Shown here in pieces: positions 13,014 to 26,469 of a stretch of 64,000 nucleotides of DNA. Position numbers and translations under genes: made by a program. Location: assembly GCF_026571515.1 (NCBI RefSeq), contig NW_026865446.1, forward strand, positions 186,001 to 250,000. Direction: 5' to 3'. This stretch comes from Ruditapes philippinarum (lineage: Eukaryota). The notes under the pieces are model-generated. The model ran no database searches. It worked only from the letters and a program-made list of their open reading frames with translations, and was not told where the DNA came from. Positions within the stretch are counted from its first letter, which is position 1; every line of letters begins with the position of its first letter.

Positions 13014-15681
13014 ATGTTAGATTCATATGTTTTTCCGTCAATTAAAACGTTTCTTCAGCTATTTATCGAATCGATCCTCGTGCATTTTACAGGTACGTTT
13101 GTTTTTTTACAAAGTCAGAATAAACATAACAGCATTCCTATGATGGATTGTATTACTCTCGTTTAACAGTATATAATTTAATTCATTCTTAGGCCTGGCT
13201 GAGTTAAAATTTTATACAATCAGCTTGAAGTAATTTAAGCCTTAATGGAATGTCTGTTATACCATTAATATGCTGATAGTATTAAAAACCATACGTGGCA
13301 ACAAACCGTGTAAGAATAGGGTAGGGCATAAATATTGTTTCTAAGTGTGATGTAAAAATATTCTATGCAATATCCAAATTATACATTTCTTTTGTTTCAA
13401 TCAAGATTGAAATACTTGCGGAAAAAGGGTCCATTGTAGACCAAATCACGTTAAAAGAAACGACCTATCCATACTTCACATCTATGTAGTTATATTGTTT
13501 GAAGTTACCGAATGAAAAAAATTATTATTGTTTAATTTCAGGCTACCTGGCATCGAGCTGTTACAATCCACCTTCAGGTAAGTTTTGATTCTCTGTAAGA
13601 ATTATTGGTCAGGTGTTTAAGCTACCTCAGGCTGTTAATTAATGAATATAAACTTTACGCTTTTTTTACATAAAATGTAAAATAATTCAATCATATCAAT
13701 CTATATAGTAATGCATCGAACATGTTGTGTTCGTTATTGATTCAAATAAAAATACGGGTAAAGAAATCAATTAATTAAATTGATATAGAGGATATTTGTT
13801 TAGTTCAGTGTAAGATCGGAATATATTTCACCGAGTGAGCACCAAAAGGTATATTTCACGAGTGGCGCAGCCACGAGTGAAATATGAATTTTTGATGTTC
13901 ACAAGGTAAAATATATTTCGATCTTACATTAAACTAAACAAATTTTCTTTTTATCATATTCAAAGAAACGTTTTAAAAAAGACGTTAAACCTAATACTGA
14001 ATGAAAAGCGCGCCAAAAAATAATACAACGTGTCGTCATTTATGACGTCACGTCATTAAGTTGGTACCCAGTTCTGTGCACGCAGGTACTTCACTGAAAC
14101 AACGTAAGGGGCATAAATTCAAAACAGTGAAATTATCAAAGTGGTAATTTCACTGTTTCAGACAGTGAAATAACCAGTTTTAAATCACTGATATATTTCT
14201 ATAAACCACCGAAAAGCATGTAATAAACTGGTATAATGTACGTTATTAAAAGTTTCTGGAAAACCTTTCAATGACAAAGTATCAACATGTTTTAAAAGGT
14301 GATGAGGAAAAAGTTTTTAATGAATGCATTTACGCTTTTATTGATTTTTTACACGTGTCTTGTTATAAAACCGTTATGGTGGTCTCGTTATGTTAAAGCA
14401 ATTCAATTATTTTTGTTAGTTATGAAATGGCTAATGGAGAATGTTGTGTAATAAAGTATCGCTACGTATATTTATCTTACATTATCATTAACAGGGTCGT
14501 AAAGTTGTCTTTTTGTATGCCGTAACAGTTCCTTGAAATATTATGTAAGGCACATGTACTGTCTTTTCTATTTTATGTAGATTACCTTAAAAATGCTGTA
14601 CCATATGAGCCAACACAATTCATTTTCGATCAGCATGGATCCAGATCAGCCTGCGCGAATGTGCAGGCTTGTTTGAATCCATGCTGGTCGCAAACGCATT
14701 ATGTTTTATATGTTTTGTCAGTGCGAGGCTCATATATAGATTATTTTAATTACTGTTAATATTATGTGTATTTACATAGCGTTTATAATTAAGAGTATCA
14801 TCATTATCATCATCATTATCAAATCATTATTATTATAATTAGTATTTATATTTTTGCTTTAATCTGTGTCTGTATTGTTAAATCCACAGTATATTTTTGT
14901 TCCTGATGAAACATTTCATCACTTACATAGCATGTAATTACATTTACCTCAAATAAGAAGAAAAAACATGTTAATTTCAGATTTGTGTAACAATAATTTG
15001 ATTGAAATACCGGACTTACAATCTAGAGATCCATCAATTCTTTACACAAACACATTATCTCACTGGAAGTATTGTGACGTGTATGCGATTGACACAAATA
15101 AATGGTACAAAAGTGACAGCCCCATGACCTCACAATGTCCGTCAATGTACATGTGCGGAACAAAGTACCCCATTTGGATGAATGGTTAGTATAAACATAA
15201 ATACCTTTAATTTATTAATAATAAAAAGTAGACAAAGAAGATAATTATTTATTCTTTGGTGACTGTTACTAACATGCTACATTGAAATTTGATTTTAATC
15301 ATTTTCCAGTTTTGCCCTCTTTATGACATAAATGTTTATAACCAGGTTGAAATTCAAGAAGTTGTTATTTGCACGTCTGATAAAACAAAACGGAAAATAC
15401 GCTAATGCGTCTTCTAATCTCTTTTTTACATTAACTCAAATAAATTAAATAAAACAAATTTTCAAATCTTAACTGTTTTAACTTTAATTTACCCAGGTCA
15501 GAACCCAAGGCAAGAAGAAGGATTGGTAAACAGGACCTCTTGCCTAAGAGACTTTGACACCTGTTGTCTTCGTACCTACAGACTGTCCGCTATCAACTGT
15601 GGACAGTTCATGGCCTACTGTTTCGTCGATTTACCATCAAGTTGTCGCCAGAGATATTGTTTTGATAGAGTACAATATTAG
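13014..15681 (+). CDS. Secreted stand-alone D8C/D10C-domain protein (UMOD/GP2/OIT3-like cysteine-rich domain), about 167 aa, 4 exons
   Basis: Exons 13014-13092 (start uncertain), 13542-13577, 14981-15184 and 15497-15681, all phase 1. Translation: ...GYLASSCYNPPSDLCNNNLIEIPDLQSRDP...YCDVYAIDTNKWYKSDSPMTSQCPSMYMCGTKYPIWMNGQNPRQEEGLVNRTSCLRDFDTCCLRTYRLSAINCGQFMAYCFVDLPSSCRQRYCFDRVQY*. WY...CGT.YPIWMNG.P...G.V.R..C...CC...NCG....Y...C...YC is the D8C signature. Confidence 0.85.
13783..14230 (+). mobile_element. Non-autonomous element with a long terminal palindrome (Crypton-like assignment tentative)
   Basis: Starts atatagaggatatt. Imperfect palindrome of about 150 bp (13794-13943) centred on cacgagtggcgcagccacgagtg. 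Confidence 0.55.
14603..14735. mobile_element. Short, internally deleted palindromic MITE
   Basis: TIRs atatgagcc / ggctcatat and the internal hairpin cagcatggatcc...gaatccatgctg. Confidence 0.65.
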
Positions 15682-16599
15682 CATAAAGGAATAAATATAC
15701 TTAAAGAAAAGTACATAAAAACTTAATTGGTTCTAAATACAATGAACTGAAAATATTACGTCATTTGTTATCTGTATTCATGGCCGCATATATTTAATTG
15801 CATAAAAGAATGAATAAACTATGTATTGGAAGCTGCGTTCCCTGCGTTCCCATTAACTGTTCAAATAAAGTTGGCAAAGTAGTGTCTTAAAAAACTTACA
15901 ATTTTTATTGACACAATATTGTGACCAAAAATATACCGGTAGTGTGTAGTATTTTGAACATATCTACTTTGTGTGAAGCCAAAACATGTTTATTTATTAA
16001 CAAAGAGACTGTGTAGCAATTATCAATATTTTCTGATATCAAATTTGAGAAAAGTATATCTTTTAGTTATAAATAATAGGATTGATAAAATAATTATAGA
16101 TATTAATATTCTGACAGAATTTATTAAGTATAAGGAAAAAAGAAAATTGATAAATACATAAACATCTTAACAGAAGAAATTGTAAATATTCTTACTTTGA
16201 TTAATATAAAGATTTTCAAATTTCTTCACTTGTTTGTTAATTTGAACACATTTTACTTCATTCAGTTTTCCGTTGGCTATTGTAAATATATATACGTTCA
16301 GGTTTCATTTCTACTGTCTGATCTTATTGGAACATTTTGTATGTACCAACGGTTGTAAATTATCACGCTACACGCTAATCAATTATTTGTGTATACATCT
16401 ACTACATCTCGACTCTCAAAATATACACCTGGAAATAGGTTAAGCGCACCCTGTTTTTTTATTGAAAGCACTGTCATGATGTGACGACTTTATTGAGCTA
16501 AGAAATAGTAAAGTAATCAGTAGCGATACCAATTAGTTAATCATAAATCAGTAAATTTATGAGTTTAGTTAATTCTTAACCAAATTACTGAAGCATAAT

Positions 16600-16780
16600 A
16601 AAATGTGTTGTTTTTACCAAAATATGTAAGTGTTTATAAGTATAGTGTTGGAGCGTTGACAATACATTAACTGGTGGATGTTTTTTGTTAAATGCTGACC
16701 ATCACGTAAACTAAAATGACATTATGTAGCCAAATTTTTATTAACGTGTGCAACTGCCACGTGGCCTAATAGCCTCAGAG
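16600..16780. repeat. Dispersed repeat fragment shared with about 21870-22060
   Basis: Shared blocks aaatatgtaagtgtttat, gttggagcgtt.acaa.acatt, ctaaaatgacattat and taatagcctc. Confidence 0.65.
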
Positions 16781-17673
16781 TCAGTTGTTTGTTTAAATGT
16801 TTACTAAATGGCGCCTCACTTAATAAATGCTATTATAAGGTAAAGCAAAGGTTTTGCGCGTGCAACCTCCGCGTTTTCGGAACATTTTGGCACAAACAAC
16901 GAGATTGTTTGAAGTCAAATTCATTTCAAGTTTATGAATAAATAAATATCTTTTACGAGGAAAGTTTAAAGGTAAACAGACCGAATCTCTTACAAGAACA
17001 ATATTTTCATTTGTGAATATTATTGTTTTTAATTGATATTTAAGTATTTATGTCTGAACATTTTACTATAAAATGGTCAAACTTCCAACATTTAAGTTTG
17101 TCAAACACATCAAGATTGAAAACGCTACGAAATGCAATTTATCGCACCATATCAATTTTAACAAGACCATGGTCCAGAAACACCAGAAGACGTATTCATA
17201 TGATGGTAATCAAGAATTTAATTGTCATATTTTGTGTTATCCCTCAAATAGTGAAATGAGTACATCCTCCATTAGAAAAATGATGTCAAATCGAAAGTCG
17301 CAAAGTTTCACATAAAATGTTGACTTAGCTTGCTTAAAGACAGGAAAATAAATTATACTTTTTTGTGATAAACATCGCTTCAATCTAGGTTTGTCCAGGA
17401 TAAATAACTGTGTTTTAATATTTATATCACTTAGTAAAAACAATGAAAATACTCAAATTAAGAAAGACATACTGTTTTGAATTTCTTTTATTATCACATG
17501 CTTGATTTTGGTCTTGCTGTCATTAACAGATAAATTGTATGTATTAATATTGAAAAAGTGAACTCCGATAAATAATTTACACACATTTATATTGTCTATC
17601 AAGTTTTCTTACAAAAGAGACAACGTATAAAGTACATAATATTTGTACGACTAACAGTGCGTTTGAAACTCAA

Positions 17674-17984
17674 TTATTGTACAATCTTAACTAATTGCAA
17701 AGCTATACATGTACCAATCAGTTCCAAACTAACACTGTATTTTTTAAATCCATTGCCATGTTGCTGATAAGTTTTTCCCGCACTATTTTCGGTCACGCAC
17801 ACGCATCTTGCCGCGTTTGACACTGTTTGACTCACCACTGATGGGTTTGTACTTATACGAACGCTAACTGCTCTGGCCGGTGTACGACTGGTCAATTGTG
17901 CACTCACAGGTGTCAAGGCACTAGGATAGGTGACTGGCGTGACACTTACTCCTCCACCTTCCCCCGAACGAGTTGGCTTGACTC
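17674..17984 (-). CDS. Terminal exon of an S/T/P-rich stalk + GPI-like-tail gene (paralogue of the 24366 gene); first exon not identified
   Basis: Phase-1 acceptor (cacaag|GA), then GVKPTRSGEGGGVSVTPVTYPS...AARCVCVTENSAGKTYQQHGNGFKKYSVSLELIGTCIALQLVKIVQ*. The motif CVC..NS.G...QQH.N is shared with the 24366 exon. Confidence 0.65.
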
Positions 17985-18656
17985 CTTGTGATTTAAAACA
18001 TGACATATTATTCAATTAAATCAATTAACTTCAGTAATTTGTTTGAAAGTATCCATACAATTTTATATTCAAGTAATTTTGCTTAACCTAGCAATAAAAA
18101 TATAAGTGTAGAAATATCTAGAAAAAGTGATCTCTCGGAAGCATGAAAAACAGCAAAATTACATGTAAATTGCAGACAACTCCAGTTTCAATTCCTGAAT
18201 CGAGTAACTACATTAGCATTAAACACTTTGTACATTATTTTCTTTTCTCTTTATTAAATCAGAGCCATCGCAAATTTCGTTTGTTTTTTTTTACTTTTTC
18301 TAAAAGTAATAGACTAATAGAAGATTAATAAAACGTTTGAACAAATATATAAAACAAATAAGGAAAGAAATTCCCTTTTTAAAATTTAACTAGGCAGGTC
18401 TAGTTACATTTATTGTACTGTCCAAATATGAATAATTTTCATTAAGTTAAATGGTCAGTTTTCAGCTGATATCAAAGTTCAATTTTACATCTAAAATTGT
18501 GCAAATCGTCCAAATGTCATAGCAGTACATCAAAGGACAAGATAGTAGGTTTCTTTATCAGATAATCTAGGTCAGCTGATATTAAAACTCAAAATAAGGT
18601 AATTTTTTAATGATTTTTTTTTGTGTAATAAATGGAGTTTAAATCCGTGTAAGTGT

Positions 18657-18750
18657 ATTACTGAATTTATTGAACTCGTTGAATAAAATAATATTATTCA
18701 ACTCGTTCAACAAATTCAGTATTAAACATATACTCAATATCCTCTATATA
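18657..18750 (-). repeat. Short palindromic element remnant
   Basis: tactgaatttattgaac...gttcaacaaattcagta followed by aatatcctctatat. Confidence 0.45.
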
Positions 18751-19200
18751 CTAATTAATAACGTTTTCAAGATACTATTCATGATATTTGAATGTTCATA
18801 CTGAATCATTAAAAAAATTATCAACAATTTTAAAGATTTTTATCATAAGAATATCAATAAGATACATTTCTAGTGCTTACCTCAATATTTGAAATACTTA
18901 CCGATTGTAGACCTATCTATATTTAATTATAATGCTACATGAAAATGCATTTTATCAAACACTAAATAGCAATTACAAGAACTATAAGATTATAAATTCA
19001 TAATCAACCTAAAATAATAGAAAAAGAATATTTCCCTACCAAACACAAAAATAAGGCCTAAAACGGTTGCGAAATACATTATGTAACTCCCCAATATAAC
19101 ATGTATCATACATTCTAATCTATTAGATATTTAAACATATGTATATTTAAATTGTTGGTTACTAATTTGAGGCCCTGTCGAGGATAATTCATTATTCATT

Positions 19201-19345
19201 GGTTGATTTTTTACATTGTATTAACACTGTATAGTTATATGGCGACTTTCCAGCTTTGATGACAGAGAAAGACCTCGGGTGCCCTTTCTAACTATTTCAT
19301 ATACCAACGGTGGCTGAGTAGAACCACCGACATGCTACGAGACAG
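19201..19345 (-). mobile_element. 3' fragment of SINE family 2
   Basis: tatggcgactttccagctttgatg...ctgagtagaaccacc is shared with the 26851-27100 copy. Confidence 0.6.
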
Positions 19346-20227
19346 CACATAAAACATTACTTAGACGTATCTTCTTTAAATGTTGCAGCATATATAATTA
19401 CAGTCACTGCTTTTATCTAGAGGGATCAAAGATGTCAAAAGTGCTTACAAAGGTTTTGTTTTATTTCTTAAACGCTGTCTCAAATCAAAGGCCATGTCAA
19501 AGATAACATACTTCTGTTATCATCGAGACAGACTCCGCTAAGGGTTTGTTGATATGGAAAGACTGAAAATATTCTTTGCGTTATATATGAAGCTTGTGTG
19601 CAAAAACTCAGATCATACGCTCGATCACAAGGGAAACCTCGCGGATATTATTCATAATAACCTCGGATTTAATACGAATAAAAAGTATTTCTACCACGTG
19701 GTTTTATATGTAAACAAAAACAGGGGATGTAATCTTTGATTATGTATAACCAATTTATATATTTGACATTAAAAATAAATTGTATTAAGGTAAATTAGAT
19801 TGAAAATATGCCAGACAATTATAATCACTTATTCATTGCGACAGATAGGCATTTTGTACTTTCAGTTTCTGTATAATATAAATAATGTTCTGTTTTACTT
19901 CTATAATTTACTTAATACGAGTATAAGCAGTATTTTTGAATAAACATCCAGCATTAAAATACCATGTCATAATATGTTTAGTATCTTAGCGTAGGTTATA
20001 GTAAGAAAAACCGTATTCTATTCTGCTTTTACTAGCCATTGTATTCGAGGTCTTTAAGTTTGACAGAAAAGGACAAATAGTATGCGATTGGCTCGATACG
20101 TGTTGTGAAAAAGACTTTTGGACCTCAATGGGATTCTTTTACAACCAGGGTGTGGTCTCCTGTCCAGTCAATGTTGAGATATTCTCGTTATAAGATTAAT
20201 TTTCAGGAATGTGTTTCGTTTTTGTTT

Positions 20228-20230
<3 letters not shown>

Positions 20231-20260
<30 letters not shown>

Positions 20261-20330
20261 GATTGATTAAATAATTGATTGATTGATTCATTCATTGACT
20301 GATTGATGATTGATTGATTGTTTGTTTGAT
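20231..20330. repeat. (GATT)n microsatellite
   Basis: Runs of attgattgattg. Confidence 0.9.
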
Positions 20331-23191
20331 TTTTATTTATATATTTATATATTTATTTAATTTATTTTACTGTTATACAGAATTCATGCATAAGTGTATA
20401 CAGAATATTATATAGTTCGATTAAGTTGAAAGCTACAAGCTTATTGTGAAATAAATATATTTACATTTTATATGATAGCTTTACCACTTTACGATTTCGT
20501 TATCGCCATATGATACATATATTATTGTATGAAACACATATCGTTACATTGTTTCATGCTTCAACAACCAATCTCATAAAAGTATATATTATTCCACCCT
20601 GTTGACGGGCAATATTATTTATGCTGGCCACATTATTAATGCACATGATAATCTAACAATATTTGCAAATATTATATTATTGTGTATGTCCTTTACTTAC
20701 TTAATCCAGTGATAAAGAGAAATGTTCATATATAATAAAAGGTTTAAGATGTCATATTTTAGTGAATGAATAGATTTATCTATGCAGTAAGACGATGGAT
20801 TAATGGTCAATGAAACAGTACGTGTCCATGATAAATAGAGATTTATATCGTTGTTAAAATAAACAGGGAAACTTGAAGTGTATGGTTTTATTGATATTCA
20901 TGGCTAGGGTTGATTCATAATACATTTTTAATTGATTGCTTGTATAAAGAAAGTTATTTTAGAAAACAAGTTACAAAACAATTGCAACTAAAAAATAAAT
21001 TAAATATTAAGCATTTAATTTTATCAAAATATCTTATAAAATATTTAATATTGTAATTGTTTTATTAGTATAAAATCAAATGCCAGCCATTTGGTTACTT
21101 AGCATACAAACTATTTGTTAATAGAGTAAATAGAGTCGATCGGGTCACTTATGACGCTAATTGAATAAATTGCCGTGAAGGGTAATTGTGAAGATAAGTT
21201 TATTATTTATACTGGTCGACGAAATTAACCATATGTGCTAGATTATCTGCTCACTTGCTGGTACATCAGCATCGACTTTTCAAGCTAAATCTTCCTTGAC
21301 CTGTTTTTAGTTCGTTGGTGGTGAGTAGAGACGACAATACTTCAATGGCACCATGTTTCAAACGGCATCATAAGAAAACCGGCTCTTGTTTGCGCCACCC
21401 TCCCGAGTTAGTAACGACAAGTCAACCAATCGTCTCTGGTATTTAAGGTGACTTGACCTTGACTTGCCTTGTGTACGCAGGAGGGATTTGGAGAAGATGA
21501 AGCTTATACCGGTATTATAAAGAGAATTTCAACCAATCAAAATTCAATTAACTTACCTGCTTGATCAAAGCAACAACGCGCTAGAAGGCTGTGTGATAGG
21601 GACAACAATAGTGATAAGGATAATATACACGGTTGTTATTTCTTCAAATTATAAAAAAAAGTATTTGTCTAAATCCTCAGATCATATTCGGTAAAATACA
21701 GAAAAAAGAATTCTAAACAAAGTCCAAAACGGAAAAACAAAAATGTTTCAAGTTAGATTTGATTGAGCCTGTTTATAAACTATATTTCAGAGTGTAAACG
21801 ATTGTCTACACCCTTTAACACCGCCTGGAACAGAATTCAACATTTACGCAACATGATGAAATTTTAAATTTAAAGGCATATGTGCCGGTTTTTATCAAAT
21901 ATGTAAGTGTTTATGTTGTATGTATGTTGTTGGAGCGTTTACAAAACATTTGCGGGTGGATATTTTTAGTAAATGTTTACGATTACGTAACCTAAAATGA
22001 CATTATTCAGCCATAGTTTTCATAACGTGTGTAACCGTCACGTGCCCGGATAATAGCCTCAACGCTTCTCATCATACTACCAGTATGGCATCTTATGCGA
22101 TTTTGAGGTAAATTTTGCCATTCTTGGTGCTTGTTCCCGTTGTTGCAGGTAGACTACAGGTGGTTCGTTCCATTGCCCAAATAAAAAATAAAAATTTCAG
22201 TTATGGTCATGACAATAAAGAGGCAAAATGTCGGGTGTGCTTTACTTATTTCCAGGTATATATTAATCGATTCAGTTAAATCTTAATGCAATTGCAACGC
22301 TCTTTCATTGTTATCATAGCCCTTTTCATTTCCCTTGAATACAGCTTAACCCGTTGCTTTGGGGAGTTATAGATGTGCACATCTTCTCACATGAACGGAC
22401 TTAGCAATAACTTGTCTGAAATTTTAATGTGAAATTCATGCCTTCATTACTTTTGAGGGTTCACCCTTTTCCAGTCTTTATTATTTTATTTATTTACTTA
22501 TCTATTTATTTATTTATTTATTGTCTTTTTTATCTTATTCTATAAAGTTGGCAAACTATACGTTATCTCATTTTAGCTCGATGAAACTTTAGTTGATATA
22601 TATTTTTTAAAACGTGAAAATTATTATATGTTTAGTTTACAATTTGCAGTGGTTATGTTTTAATTCATAAAAACAATTTTGAACAATAAATTTCAGATTT
22701 ATTATTCATGTTTAACAATACAATACTGATTTCAATCAATGAGATATAACCCGTATCATACACAGTATCACTATTTCTAGTATATATAATTTATGAATAC
22801 ACGTGCTTAATAGTCTAAAACTCTAATACTAAAATTTAACTGACAAATGTGTGCACATCTGATCACATTTTTACTCAAGATCGGCCAGATGTTAAAAGTC
22901 CAGCAAGTCCCGGGAACATTGAAACTGACATATTATAATTAGCCTTTATATAAAACAAACAAAGTAATAGTATATATCAAATTGATTTGATGTTATTTTG
23001 CAATTTGAAATGCAAATACATGATTGATTAATAATTATTAATGAGCTTATAAAAGTATAACATCCAGCATTTGACGTGTGTAATTCTAAAATTGAAAAAG
23101 CCTTGTGGTTAACTCAATCATAGTACTAAAATAATTTTTTTTTTTGTAATTGTTTCAATCTATATTGTGTTTGTTTATCATGTAACATGTT

Positions 23192-23959
23192 NNNNNNNNN
23201 NNNNNNNNNNNNNNNNNNNNNNNNNNNNNNNNNNNNNNNNNNNNNNNNNNNNNNNNNNNNNNNNNNNNNNNNNNNNNNNNNNNNNNNNNNNNNNNNNNNN
23301 NNNNNNNNNNNNNNNNNNNNNNNNNNNNNNNNNNNNNNNNNNNNNNNNNNNNNNNNNNNNNNNNNNNNNNNNNNNNNNNNNNNNNNNNNNNNNNNNNNNN
23401 NNNNNNNNNNNNNNNNNNNNNNNNNNNNNNNNNNNNNNNNNNNNNNNNNNNNNNNNNNNNNNNNNNNNNNNNNNNNNNNNNNNNNNNNNNNNNNNNNNNN
23501 NNNNNNNNNNNNNNNNNNNNNNNNNNNNNNNNNNNNNNNNNNNNNNNNNNNNNNNNNNNNNNNNNNNNNNNNNNNNNNNNNNNNNNNNNNNNNNNNNNNN
23601 NNNNNNNNNNNNNNNNNNNNNNNNNNNNNNNNNNNNNNNNNNNNNNNNNNNNNNNNNNNNNNNNNNNNNNNNNNNNNNNNNNNNNNNNNNNNNNNNNNNN
23701 NNNNNNNNNNNNNNNNNNNNNNNNNNNNNNNNNNNNNNNNNNNNNNNNNNNNNNNNNNNNNNNNNNNNNNNNNNNNNNNNNNNNNNNNNNNNNNNNNNNN
23801 NNNNNNNNNNNNNNNNNNNNNNNNNNNNNNNNNNNNNNNNNNNNNNNNNNNNNNNNNNNNNNNNNNNNNNNNNNNNNNNNNNNNNNNNNNNNNNNNNNNN
23901 NNNNNNNNNNNNNNNNNNNNNNNNNNNNNNNNNNNNNNNNNNNNNNNNNNNNNNNNNNN
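23192..23959. other. Assembly gap (N)
   Basis: N run. acatgtt occurs on both flanks, so the true gap may be small. Confidence 1.
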
Positions 23960-24365
23960 ACATGTTTGAAAGAAATATATAAAAAATTGTATTTTTTCGT
24001 AAGAGTTTGCATATAATCATTCCTAAAGAGTCACAAGTTTATATTTTCCAATACTTTTGTATTATAACATGTTATTATATTTACGTTACAGTAGTCATGT
24101 GCATTAAATAACATTCTTAAATATTAAATCTATTTAGAAAACCGTCCACACAATTATGATAATAAAATCATTTTACACTTTATAATTTAAAACAAAAAAT
24201 CATAAGATACAGATTCATACTCTTTGATACTGTTATTTATCCGTCGTTCCTGTCATACTTTCTCCTCTGAAGATCACATTCTTAATCATTGAAAAACTGA
24301 AACATTGATACAAATTTAAAAGCCGGAATAAGTATTTCAAAATCACAAATCCATTTACACGGAAT

Positions 24366-25804
24366 TTAGATGAACATGTTTGCACACTTCAATGTTAGGA
24401 CTGTAACTAACAGAGTGTAACTTGCGCTTATTCCCTGAACACTGTTATCATGTTGTTGATCAGATCTCCCTTGACTGTTTCCATTCTTACAAACACAATT
24501 TGTATTTGTTGAACCACTCGGAGACGTAGCGTATAAACTCTTCGGAAAAGCAGTTGACAATGCATCTCGTGGACTGGCCGTTGCCATCTCCCCTTTTGGA
24601 CCAGCAGTAGATGCCGCTGTTTTTGGACCAGCTGTTCTTTTATTTCGATTGTTGTGAATGGATCGGCACCTCCTGATTGACTTGGCAGCGCTCCTTTGGA
24701 GTGCATATATAAAACAAATATTATTATATAAACTTTTAAAAAGATGCAAGCGTTTTGTTTTGCTTGTACATTCGAGAGATACTTATCAATTCTTACATAA
24801 TATGAAGTATAAAATATATAAGTTTATTTTCACACATGCAGAGTTGTCCATTTTGTAAGTTTCGTGAAAAGAATACGTAATTCACATGAAGCGTAATTCT
24901 TAGTAAAGAAATGAGAAAATGGATTTCAATATCACCTAGAAAATATTTAACATACTGCTTTATTTATTTATTTATTTTACTTTGATAATTCTATAAAGAT
25001 TTACTGTAGTTGTGTTTAAGACAAACATTTTAGAGTGGTTTCATATATTTGTATGTCATCTGCTGAAAGTATTTAAAAATGCTATTTTTTTGGTGGTTTT
25101 TTTGTTGAGTGTCTGTCTTACAGTTTGTTATCTGACTTTTTTTTTTAAACAAAATATAAAATTGCAAAATTGCAAGCAACTTTGATTGTTTTCAAATAAT
25201 GATTGTATTGCTTAATGTCTTAGATGAACTCAGCTGAGGTCCCAAAGCCTAAGAACTAAACTTATCAATAATAATAATATAGAAAATCTTAAATTGATCA
25301 ACCAGGGTATTTAAAAGGAGAAAAAAAGATAATGACAAAATGTACGCCAGTTTTAATTGAAAATTTTAGTCTTATTTAAGCCAGATTTGAGTTTTTAATA
25401 TCAGATATGTTTGCACATTAAAAATAATTTTCTTGAAAACAGATATAACGAATGATCAGAACTTTTGCCAACAAGTTATTTTAATAGACCAACATCAAAT
25501 GGTATAAAAATGTATACAAATTTCAGAAAATATAGTCATATTATGTAAACCAAATCCTCATAGGAATCCATAAAATAATTTGTTTTTTAATTTGGTTTCA
25601 ATGTTAAACGTCTCCTAAAGTATAGCATGTCAATCTTAAAATGGTTTGTAATTGAAAATCAGGAAATTAAAATGTTTCTTTCCTTCTTTTACAACCACAT
25701 TGATATAAGAAAATTAAGAAGAAAGATTCAATGATAATTCTTTACTCACCAAACGCTAAAATGATGCCTACAATAATTAGCAAACGTACTACGTAGCTTT
25801 CCAT
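24366..25804 (-). pseudogene. Signal peptide + S/T/A-rich stalk + GPI-like-tail gene with an apparent 1-bp frameshift (null allele or sequence error)
   Basis: Exon 1 (25804-25750) reads MESYVVRLLIIVGIILAF-G. Exon 2 from 24693 reads GALPSQSGGADPFTTIEIK. The paralogue-matching frame (RTAGPKTAASTAGPK...CVCKNGNSQGRSDQQHDNSVQGISASYTLLVTVLTLKCANMFI*, stop 24366) needs one extra base near the A4 run at 24638-24641. Confidence 0.65.
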
Positions 25805-26469
25805 GACTACTGCATAAATGTAATGAAAAAGTAATGAACTGATCTTAATATGCGAATTTTATCATTCAATTCTAAAACAAGTGAGGCCCTGGCGGAGCAT
25901 ACAAAAAGAATAACCATGACTGTCTCAAACAATTGCAAACGTTTCAAACTTCCATAAAGAAATACACGCAATCTCTTGTGTCGCAAGGATCGCGAAATTA
26001 TATGACATGCTTTCCAAAAATGTGTAATTTTCTCCGGTGACCTCATTACATTGTTTTACGTAATGTTATGCTTCGGCATAATCTTTACATATTATTGTAC
26101 ATGTGTTCTGCGGCAGAGTACTTTGTTATAATCCGGCGGAGTATTTTGTTATAAATCATGTTTCTTGATTTTCTTGTGATATTTGTTTTTGCGGGAATTA
26201 TTTCATTGCTATATAAGTCAAATTTCAGTGTCACGAGACAGAGCTTCTCGGGATTTCAAGTTATTATGGATAATATTTAGGTTCAAAATTCATCCATATT
26301 GTGTTCTTTCGGCTTTAAAATTATACAGTGCTGGCAAAATAAAAGTTTGGAAATTATAATTCAGTGTTTGTGCTCTCTATTAAAGTCTTTCATGTGATTG
26401 GAGTAAAATAAAGTGTAATTAAAGTATACTCCTCCACATCTTGCACTGGGGCATTGTTAACATTATTTT

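Noticed and set aside
21240-21640. GC-richer segment with CCAAT/TATA-like motifs and a minus-strand GTAAG donor
   Set aside because: No ATG-initiated signal exon in the needed phase, and no LTR termini or TSD that I could define.
23155-24020. Long ORFs spanning N runs (also 29442-29763 and the tail of 46462-47037)
   Set aside because: These are artefacts of translating assembly gaps.
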